64,000 bases of DNA from Sarea resinae (lineage: Eukaryota): positions 1 to 64,000 of the forward strand of contig JAPEUD010000051.1 of assembly GCA_026026165.1 (NCBI GenBank), written 5' to 3'. Numbering within the stretch: position 1 is the first letter of the stretch; every line of letters begins with the position of its first letter. Below are positions 28,449 to 38,111 of the stretch, in pieces. The notes under the pieces are model-generated. The model had not been told where the DNA came from. It did no database searches and was given only the letters and a program-made list of their open reading frames with translations. Position numbers and translations under genes: made by a program.

Positions 28449-28928
28449 ATGGCACCTAATCTCTACCTCCTGACGCAAGCCGTCTTCACGCCTTCTCGCT
28501 GGTTCTCCAGCAAGCCACAGGAGAAGAAAACGAAAGCGAGTCGTCGAAAAGAACACTGGGATGAGCCGGTTCCAGGCACATACGAATACATCCCCGGCCG
28601 CGGCTGGTATTTGATCGCCCGAGATTCCGGCGAAGATACAGATCGCGAGCCCGTCGTACACAGCAAGGTGCTTCGACGATATATTCTCAAATCCGAAGTG
28701 CATGACCGGACGCGCTGGGCCACCGTCGAGACCACTCCAGGCAAGCGGGATCGGGTGAGATTTTTCCAGCTGGATGACGGCGTTACCTGGTATAAATGCT
28801 GGAATGCCGAGGGCGTCATGCTACCCAAGCCATGGGAAAAATGGGAACTCGACCCGAAGACGCAGAAATTTCATCGCCTAGAGGCAGGCTCAATCGGGCA
28901 AGAGGCGACTGTTGAGAGAGTTTCTTGA
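28449..28928 (+). CDS. Hypothetical 159-aa Trp/Tyr-rich protein
   Basis: Protein-like ORF with HWDEPVPGTYEYIPGRGWYLIA and RFFQLDDGVTWYKCWN, preceded by a pyrimidine-rich leader; no family recognised. Confidence 0.7.
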   Translation: MAPNLYLLTQAVFTPSRWFSSKPQEKKTKASRRKEHWDEPVPGTYEYIPGRGWYLIARDSGEDTDREPVVHSKVLRRYILKSEVHDRTRWATVETTPGKRDRVRFFQLDDGVTWYKCWNAEGVMLPKPWEKWELDPKTQKFHRLEAGSIGQEATVERVS

Positions 28929-29500
28929 ACGACCATAGAAGGAACGCTTTCAGCTAGAAGGTACTACTTCTTACCCATATTCTCTTCCGGGCCGTTTCTG
29001 ACTACAATATGCAGGACCATCATCTAGATCTACTATCGGCCCAATGCCGCGGTCACACAGGACGACAACCACCAAATTACTACAGAGTGCTTTTGACTCA
29101 TTCGAAGATTTCCATGTTGCGAAAAGAAATAGAGGGAAGCATAGCCGGGCATCCACGACCTCAACGGTCTACAGGATCGCCTGGCTTTCGATCATGCGAA
29201 TAGGAGTTTAAGTTTGATTTTCGGCAATGGTTTGCCACGAAACACTATTGCCTATCAAGACAGCCGGGATCAAGATACTTGATAGGATAAAGTGTCGGAG
29301 TTGGGATAGTTCTTGTTTCTCGGAATGACTGTGGACATCGGATCTGTCTACCACAACCCAGCTCGCTTTACCCTACTTCCTCTCACTTGCTACTGTAGAG
29401 CTCGGGCTAGAATTCGTTACTCAGTGGATTGAATGAATATGCAGCTGTTGCAATCCGAAGTTATAGGCAAAAGCCGCCAAGATTTTCAACTTGACCACTC

Positions 29501-30108
29501 TCATAATTTCGCTCTCTCCCCATCTTCCACGACCAGCAAAGCCTTCAGTCCCCGTCTAATCTCCTCGCCCATCCCACTCGCCTCGGGTTTCATGCCCTCC
29601 CTCTTGACAAACACATGCACGAATTCCCCCACCGCTCTGACTTCCACTTTCCCACGCTCAAACACCCCGATCTCGTACCGAACGCTCGCCTTTCCCAGCT
29701 GGTTGACTCGGAGACCTAGGTCTGCCACGGCGGGGAAGGAAAGGGGGGAGAAGTAGTCGCAGTGTGAATGGACGACGAGGCCGATCTGCGGGGATGTGGA
29801 GGGCGTGAGGGCGCATTGTGTGCTGAGATAGGCATTTACGATGGCGTCGAAGCTGTCTCGGTGAATAAGGTGCTGGTCCTAGCGCCAACATGCACGGAGC
29901 AAGGCAGCACGTACAGGAAATAGTAGATGGTGTTGTTCATGTGGGAGTACATGTCATTGTCTGACCTAGGCGCTTTTGTCAGGCTGTGGATCATGCCGGG
30001 TGAGAGAGAGAGAGAGAGAGAGTATGCTGAATCTCACCATCTTGTCCGGTAGTCGAGATGAAACTTGTAGTCTTCGCGACGCCGTTTCTTCAATTCAGCT
30101 TGAGACAT
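29501..30108 (-). CDS. Hotdog-fold acyl-CoA thioesterase (4HBT-like) with C-terminal PTS1 (AKL), 3 exons
   Basis: Spliced HLDYRTRW|SDNDMYSHMNNTIYYFL|FDAIVNAYL..GLVVHSHCDYFSPLSFP..LRVNQLGKASVRYEIGVF..GEFVHVFV; in-frame upstream ATG at 30294. Confidence 0.92.
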
Positions 30109-30481
30109 GGTGGCTGCGATGGAAGTGCATGTATGTGTAAAGTTGTAATGCGTAAGAAGAGTATGGATGCGGATGTTACCTTCATCGATGGGTGAGAGGC
30201 TATCGATAGTCTCCCAAATCCGGGGAAGCCGAGGCACGGCTGATCTTCCTTGCGACAAGGGACGAGAGACGAGAGGCAGTCCGAAGCGAATCATCTCTCG
30301 AACTTTTCGAGAAGATAAATAATGCTATCGATACCGACAGAGCAGAATATCGTCACCAACGAGATCATTTGAACGGCAGACAGCAACCTCCCCACGGACA
30401 TCACTCTCTTCCATCCTCCTGGCTCCATCACCGCGCGTCCTCGCCTACCTCCTCCGGCGGGGTCGCATCCCCTCCGTCGAA

Positions 30482-32016
30482 ATGGCGCTCACCGTCGTCG
30501 ACCATATGCCCGACACTGGCCTCCCAGGGGAACCCCTCCCTCCACCCCCTCCGGTCATCACCACCCCTTGCGACCCATGGCCGCGGCCGTATTATCTCGA
30601 AAAGGGCCTGCGCCGCGTCCGACCTTACCACTTCACCTACAACACCTACTGCAAAGAGCGCTGGCGGGGCCGCGAGATCCTCGACATCTTCTCGAGCGAG
30701 TTCCGTGACCGGCCAGTAGAGTACTATGTAAGCAGCCTTGTCTTTTCTGGAGACACTCAGGCTGACCAAGTGCTGCAAATCAGAAAGATGCCATCGAACG
30801 CGGCAATGTCGTCATCAACGGCAAACCGGTGACCACGACCACCCTCGTCCGCAATGGCGATATCATCTCCCACACGCTCCACCGACACGAACCCCCCGTC
30901 ACCGCCTCTCCGATCGGCATCGTCCACGAAGACAATGATATGATCGTCATCAACAAGCCTGCCGGCGTGCCTGTCCATCCGGCCGGCCGCTACAACTACA
31001 ACAGCGTCGTCGAGATCATGCGCGCCGAGCGCGGCTACGGCTGGAACCCTCTGCCGTGCAATCGGCTCGATCGTTTGACCTCAGGAGTCATGTTCATCGG
31101 CAAGCACGCTGCCGCGGCCGAAGACCTCAGTCGGCAGATCAAAGGCCGCACCGTCAAAAAAGAGTACATCGCAAGAGTCATGGGCGAGTTCCCCGAGGGC
31201 GAAGTCCTCTGCGAGCAACCAATCCTTCAGATCAGCCCCAAGCTGGGCTTGAACCGCGTCCGAGCCAACGGCAAGGAAGCGCGCACCGTCTTCAAACGTC
31301 TAGCATACTACCCTCCGCGACCCCAATCAAGCTCAACCAACAAACCATCCTCACAATCACCCGAACCCAAGCCGGACGACTCCAACGCCCAATTCCCATG
31401 GCAACGCCTTCAGGGCTACTCGATCGTCCGCTGCCTCCCGCTGACAGGCCGCACGCACCAGCTGCGCGTGCACCTGCAGTTCCTCGGGCACCCCATCACC
31501 AACGACCCGATCTACAGCAACCAGCGCGTGTTCGGGTCGCAGCTGGGCTACGCCGACGCCGACGCCACCACGTCCGACGAGGACATCATCTCGCGCCTGT
31601 CGCGCATGGGCAAATCCGAGGTCGCCGACGCCGTCGCCTACCACGACGAGATGGTCACCGAGTACAACAAGCGCAAGGCCGAGAAGATGACGGGCCAGAC
31701 CTGCGCCGTCTGCGCCACGCCGCTCTACTCGGACCCCGGCGCCCACGAGCTGGGCATCTATCTGCACGCCCGCCGCTATGCCTGCCAGGAGGGCCGCTGG
31801 GAGTACGAGACCGGCCTGCCGGCGTGGGCGCTGCCGCCCGAGGGGTACGAAGGCCCGGTCGAGCCGACGACGGAGACGGATCCTTTGACGGTTGATGTCG
31901 CGAGGCTGGAGGAGACTGTCAAAGGGGGTGGTGGTGGTGCTGGGCTTGCTAGCCAACAAGAAGCAGAAGAAGAAGAAGGAGATCCTGTAGCTGTCTCCGC
32001 CTCCGCCTCCGCATAG
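30482..32016 (+). CDS. RluA-family tRNA pseudouridine(32) synthase (Pus9/Rib2-like, no deaminase domain), 2 exons
   Basis: GLRRVRPYHFTYNTYCKERW, S4-like segment, INKPAGVPVHP, catalytic NRLDRLTSG, TGRTHQLRVHLQFLGHPI.NDPIY, CxxC, IYLHA. Confidence 0.94.
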
Positions 32017-32498
32017 ACCCATCTCCATCCACCGTCTTCGCTTCTGGGAATTACCGATTTATATTTCTTCAAGCCCCCGGCCCGGTGGGATGCATGTTTT
32101 CCTTTTCTTCCCCCCCCCCCCCCCCCCCCCCGCGAGGTTTTCTCTATGCCTGCTTCTTGGAGCTTTTTGCGGGGGGGGAATTTAAAAGTGCCCGAGTGTC
32201 ATATGAGGCCGGATGGTTGGTCTTGCTCTCTCTCACGACTTATGTTAGACATGAGGTAAATAACTTTCAAAATCCCACCCCGGCAGAACGCTCTCCTGAG
32301 TATAGTATAGTATAGTATAGCCCTTACCAAAAAAAAAAAACCTTCGAGACATTCAAACGATTAGCAGAAATAGGATGTGTTGATATGATCACACCATCAT
32401 AAGCCATCGAATGTATATTGTAAATATCCCCTCCTCCCCTCCCCCGCCCGAAAAAAAACAAAAAAACAAGACAAACCCCCCTCCCTGCCCCCCCCCCC

Positions 32499-34730
32499 TC
32501 ACGGATCCCACGGCCCCCCCGCCCGCTCCCCGCTCAAAACGTCCGGCTCCAACTCCTGCTCCATCTCCGGATCCGGGTCCCAGCCATCGTCATCGCGTTC
32601 GCGTCCGCGTTCGCGTCCGCGCACGAGCAGCACGTCTTCATGGCGGACGCCGAAGCCGAAGCCGGAGCGGCCAGCGAGGTAGACGCCCGGTTCCGCGGTA
32701 AACACCATGCCGGCGCGAAGGCGCGTGTGCGTGTTGCCCTTGTTCAGGTAGGGCGATTCGTGGGCTAGGCCGTTGATGTGTTAGTGGTAGTGGTATAAGG
32801 CAAGACAAGGCAAGGTGTGGCGTGGGCGGGGTGTTAGTTGGTGGCTGTGTTGGGTGGGAGATGTTGATGTGAGGAGGGAAGGGGGGAGCGAGAGCGGGGA
32901 TGGGATAGGGAGGGGATGGTGGGGGGTAAAAGGAAAAGAAAGGCAAGGTGGGATGGGTGGATGAAGTATCAAGAGCGTGAATTGATTGCTTTTACGGAAT
33001 TTTTTGGGTCTTGCCTTTGATGCCGATGCCGTGGCCCACGCGGTGCGTGAAGCTAGGCCCATAGCCCGCGTCCGTGATGACTTTTCGAGCAGCGACATCC
33101 ACGCTCGCGGCCGTAGAGCCGGCTCTCAAAGCATGCAGCGACTGCGTCTGCGCTTCGAAGACGATGTCCCAGACGCGCAGTTTCTCCTGGAGGGGCCGAG
33201 AGAGGCGTCGGAGGGCAGCTTCGGTCGTGGGTTTGGGCGAGAAAGGGGGCAGGAAGGTGCGGCATATGTCTGAGGAGTAGCCGTGGAGATGCGCGCTGTG
33301 GAAGGTTGTGAGTGAGTGTGTGTGTGTGAGCATGGGGGGACGCTGTAGAAGAGACGCTTTAGAGAGAGAGATAGAAAGGCTGGGAGTTACCCGACGTCGA
33401 TTAGTATAAAGGCGTCGTTTTCGAGCTGCTTTGTCCCGTTTGGTCCACCGTGTGGTAGCGCAGCGTCTTCGTCTTGTTTCCCATGGCGATCAGACGGGCT
33501 GGTCTTGATAGGTATATGATTGGATTGCAGATTGTTGGCTTACCGAAAAGGACAATATCGAAAAAAGGCTCCAGACCTGCAGCGCGCAGGGTTTCGTCGA
33601 GCACAGCCTGGACCTCACTTTCTGTTACGCCGAGATAGAGACCTATCAGAAAAAAATCCGTCAGCAATCACCTTGAATGTCGCGCAGCCACGCCCTTGCT
33701 CCGGTGTCACCCGCCATCGAGAGGGACAGGCTTGAAGGTTGCGGAACCAGAATACATTTTCGCATTGCCCGAATCGCCTCCACAGTTCCAGTATTGACTG
33801 CCCTAAGAATTCCGATCTCGCGAGCCGATTTCGTCTGGCGTACTTTTTCGACCGAGCCGGCTAGACCGTGAACATCGAAGCCTGCAGAACTGAGGCCGCG
33901 GGCAATGAAGTCGCGCATTTCTTCGTCAACCATGACTTTGGGTGGGGACGAGCTGATATTCCCGACTGGAGAGCTGAAGATCCCTGAATCAAGCAGCGTC
34001 GTGTATGGGTTCCAGTGTTCTTCCCATGGTATAGTCTGTATAGGCGAAGTAAAGGGCATTTGGAGGAGTCGGGCTCGCGATTCTTCGAATGCGGGAACAA
34101 GGAAGGAAGTATTTGCTGTTATGGTGCCAGTGCTGTCTTCCTGCGGTTCGACAATCATGAGGAATGGACGCTCTTCCGGCTGCGATGGGCGTTAGCTTGC
34201 CTAAGAGCTTTGCGGCTTCTTTGGCGGACGAGCAAGATGTCTCTTTGGAAAAAGATGCTTTTCCAAGCACAATAGATCAGAATGGAACAGATAGCTCTCA
34301 CCTCCCAGACCTCCCATTGAGGCTGGCTAACATTAGCATAGTACTGGAATGTATACCCAGGCTCGACGATAAAGGCCTTCATGCCATCGTTATGCAAAGC
34401 GACCGCCAACCGATTCCTGCGTTCCACAAATTCATCCACAGGCAGAGCAGCTGCGGTTTCAAGAAAAGGTAGGCCGGTGTCCAGAAAATTATTGACTGAG
34501 CAATTCTGGAACGAGGCGAGCTTGGAAGACGGGGAAGGGGCTGTAGCGTGGGTGGTAATCTGTCTCATGGGTCCCCTCCTCTGAAAGGTTTCTGAATAGA
34601 AGGTGACCAGAATGATCAACGTAATAAATGCTGTCCAGACCAACTGTCTCCATCTTGTAGAGCATCTGCTGCCACCCGATGTCTGCTCGGTGATGACATA
34701 AGTAGGGAGTCCATCGAGCTTTCTGGCCAT
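32499..34730 (-). CDS. M24B Xaa-Pro aminopeptidase/dipeptidase with N-terminal TM anchor, 6 exons
   Basis: N-terminal TM (LVWTAFITLIILVTFY); creatinase-N region; spliced ALPHGG, ILIDVG|AHLHGYSSDICRTF, FTHRVGHGIGIK|AHESPYLNKGN, VFTAEPGVY, GVRHEDVLLV. Confidence 0.92.
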
Positions 34731-34883
34731 ATCAGCGGATATATATCACGGGTCTTGTACGAGGAGGAAGAAGTCAACATCTCTCCTCCCGTTATGGGAG
34801 AGTTTAGAATTGGATGCTCTGTTGATCTTGTGTTTTCGTCGCAAGGCCGCGGTCTACTGCGGGCATCCATGTCTCTAAGTATC

Positions 34884-34940
34884 AGCCCTACCGGAAAGCC
34901 CTACCGGAAAATATATCTTCCAGCCCCCCACCTACCGGGA
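34884..34940. promoter_or_regulatory. Three CCTACCGG motifs (13-bp tandem pair plus a third copy) in a divergent promoter
   Basis: AGCCCTACCGGAA x2 at 34884-34909 and CCTACCGGGA at 34931-34940. Confidence 0.4.
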
Positions 34941-35082
34941 GGGATGCACCCAGCATTTGATCGTCATTCATCATAACAATACTTGAAATTGCTTGTTATC
35001 TCCGCGAAATAGGGCTTTAGGCACTCAAACACTTATAGATCATCCGTCGAGTAGTCCAAGCTACCAAAGAACGCATTCCATC

Positions 35083-36643
35083 ATGGCAATTGGCGTAGCA
35101 ATGATTGGCAGCGGTATGAGTCCACCATCATGCCTAGAAGCCCCTGGTCTCAATAATTCCCGCTGAACCAGCTGTCTTAAATGTGACACAGGCATCTTCG
35201 CCAGAGCTCAACACCTTGTAAGCAATAAATTGTCCCAGAGCGTTGATATCCCTTCTACGTTCCTAACACTGAGTCAGCCCGCTATCGAAGCATGCCCACT
35301 CCTCTCCCTCAAAGCAATTTACTCGCGTACTCATTCCTCAGCCCAAAAACTCGCCGCAGATGCCGCAGCTTCATCAGATATAGCCATCTACTCCGATGAT
35401 GTTGAAGACCAAGACGCGGGCAAGACTTATAGAGATCTCCTTGGACGTTCCGACATCCAGGCGGTCACGATAGCGTAAGTCCAGTGCCTAGGTGGGCGCC
35501 TGCACTCGCTGTATTGGCTACTGCTAAATAAATCAGCCTTCCCATCCCCTTGCAACCACCATACATCCGAGCGGCATTGGCAGCAGGGAAGCATGTGCTC
35601 TCGGAAAAGCCTATCGCGCCCACTCTCTCTGATGCCCACTCCCTCCTCGCCTTCTACCACTCTGCGGCATGCCCCGAACATGCCACATGGAGCGTAGCGG
35701 AAAACTTCCGCTTTTTAGATTCGTTCCTGTGGGGAGCGGAGAAAGTCAGAGAAATGGGGCGGGTGTTGGGATTCCGCGTGAACATGTTTACGAACGTCAT
35801 GCCGGGGAGTAAATACTATGGTGTGGCCGATTCTTTCATCTCTCTCTCCGCTCTCGTGGGCGAAGTTGATTGAGGCCTCAGGTTTACTGTATGCTGATGG
35901 GTTTGCAGAGACTGAATGGCGTAAACATCCCTCGTATCAAGGCGGATTCCTTCTCGATGGTGCCGTGCACTTCATCGCCGGACTCCGCCTTCTCCTTACT
36001 CCTTCCCAATCGACTACCTATCCCGCATCTACTTCACCCACTGCAGATACCCTAACCTCCCTCTCGGCACTCACAGCTCTCCTCCGTCCCCATCTTCCCC
36101 CTGTCGACACCGTAGATTCCATTCTGCGCACCTCCAATGATATCACAGGCACATTCTCGGTCTCGTTCGGCACCACTTTCCCTCGTGGCAGCTCTTGGCA
36201 TATTGCATGCGAGAAGGGTGGCGTGACAGTAGCGGGGGGCTCCGTAATCATAGAGGATTCAGAAGGTCAGATGCTAGAGAAAAAGTCATTCCCTGACGAG
36301 AAAGGCGGAGTAGGGGTCGAGGTCCGGACATGGGCCGAGGGAATTGCGCCCGGAAGCGCTGAGGGTGGAAGAAAGCACGACCCGAGACTTCGACCCGAGG
36401 AGGCGCTTCGGGATCTTGATATTGTGAGTCCATCTGATTGTCATTTTTCCCTTCCGTGGTTGCTTTGGCTTCTCTGTGTTTCCACTGTCAAACAAGGCGG
36501 GGCGCGGGGTATATGCATTAGCAAAAACACGAACCTCCATGGAACAAATGGCTAATAAATGTACTCCGGCGTAGCTTGACAAAATGCTTCGCAGCGGTGA
36601 AACAGGGGGATTACCTCAGGAAATCGCCATTAGTGTCGAGTGA
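35083..36643 (+). CDS. Gfo/Idh/MocA family NAD(P)-dependent oxidoreductase, 6 exons
   Basis: MAIGVAMIGS|GIFARAQHL|PAI..LKAIYSR; ALAAGKHVLSEKPIA; WSVAENFRF; GGFLLDGAVHFIAGLR; last exon LDKMLRSGE..SVE*. Confidence 0.93.
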
Positions 36644-37005
36644 AGCTAGTAAGTATCAGGCGGGCTCTTATGTTCTTCCAATATCGGAACCAAGAAGGGC
36701 TGTAAATGAGATTTCGTTATCCATAACACTCTATTTATAGATATAGGGCCCCATATTCTATCATGTGATACATCGAAAGGGATCCTAGAAAGCCCAAGTA
36801 TAGATGAGATGTTCCTGAGGTCTTGATTGCCTGGAAATGATGAAAGCCACTCTATCAAAATTCGGCTCGCTGTGACCGCACGCTCTCATGCGCCAATGAA
36901 ACAAGAGAGATCAACATCTCGAGTACCGGAGCAATGACATCAAGCAGGGTAGGTAGCGCACCCAGGATCTGTGACCACGACAAATGGGTCGACTTCGGGC
37001 CTCCT

Positions 37006-37509
37006 TTATGCAGCCTTCCCAGGTAGAGAACGGCCCAGGAAAATCGTCTCAGTCAGCGGCGTATCATTATACCGCTCGACCCTGACAAAGCCCGCCCTCT
37101 GATACACCTTCAGTGCCGCAACCAAAGTCGGCAGCGAATCCAGCCTCATTTCCTCATAGCCAAGTCTGTGGGCTACGTCGACGATAGCTTCCACCAGCGC
37201 TTTTCCGATGCCCATACCGCGTCCTGCAGGAAGGACATATAGTCTCTTGACTTCGCAGAATCCTTTTGGCAACATGGGGCGCAAAGCAATACAGCCGATT
37301 GGGGTGTTGTCAGAATTCAGACGGGCGAGGAGGAGTTCTCCTGCAGGTGGGGCGTATTTGCCTGGCATGGAGGCCAGCTCAGTGCTGAAGTCTTGGAAGC
37401 TCAAGTCGATGCCCAGCCAGTCTGCGTAGGCGGTGAAGAGGGCGACGGTTGCTCTCAGGTCTGACTCGGTGCGCACGGGTTCGATCCGGAAGGGAGGGGA
37501 GGTGTGCAT
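37006..37509 (-). CDS. GNAT-family N-acetyltransferase, 167 aa, intronless
   Basis: IDLSFQDF.TELASMPGKYAPPAG, GCIALR, CEVKRLYVLPAGRGMGIGKAL (acetyl-CoA motif A), MRLDSL..A..Y...GF, RYNDTP. Confidence 0.93.
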   Translation of the reverse strand: MHTSPPFRIEPVRTESDLRATVALFTAYADWLGIDLSFQDFSTELASMPGKYAPPAGELLLARLNSDNTPIGCIALRPMLPKGFCEVKRLYVLPAGRGMGIGKALVEAIVDVAHRLGYEEMRLDSLPTLVAALKVYQRAGFVRVERYNDTPLTETIFLGRSLPGKAA

Positions 37510-37790
37510 CTTGGCGTTTGCTGCTAGAGGGATTCGAGGAGACGCAAGATGATATTGGGCCTGGAGGATCGTGGTGGATACGGAGAGCTAATGCAGGGAG
37601 GTATCAGCGACGGCAAGGCGGCCGTCTGCCTCTATATGTTTGCGTTGAACGCCGAAAGACACGGCATCAAGTGCGATAGTGTTTTGAGTCATTGCCAGCT
37701 GGAATGCTGGAATGGGCGAAGTAAATACTCAGAGTAGGGTCCACGCCTTGGGGGCCTCGTCAGGCGTAGGGCGTGGATCTGCAGGTGCAA

Positions 37791-37811
37791 TTATCTAATC
37801 TTATCTTATCT
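37791..37811. promoter_or_regulatory. Cluster of three HGATAR (TTATCT) GATA sites upstream of heme oxygenase
   Basis: TTATCTAATCTTATCTTATCT = AGATAAGATAAGATTAGATAA on minus strand. Confidence 0.45.
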
Positions 37812-38111
37812 TTCGGTGATCATCCGATCTATCCATGCCATTCCCGATTCCCCATCCCCATCTGCATGCGATCTGCCATCGTGCCATGCGACATCTCGTG
37901 CCTTGCATACATGTCAGTCACTCTCCCGTCCACCCGTCACAGTCGCACCAATTTGTGATCACTCTTGTCTCTCCGGTGACGTCGTTCTTCGACCTCAAAT
38001 AACCCCCTTCCTCTCTTTCCTTTGTCGTTCGTGCATAAATAGCCTGCCTTCCTTTTTACATCTTCGGAACAGTTTGCATGTTGCACGCATTTGCTTCGCC
38101 ATCAATCGATC

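Noticed and set aside
37478..37492. GGTTCGATCC T-loop/B-box-like sequence
   Set aside because: Inside the GNAT CDS, with no cloverleaf or A-box; not a tRNA
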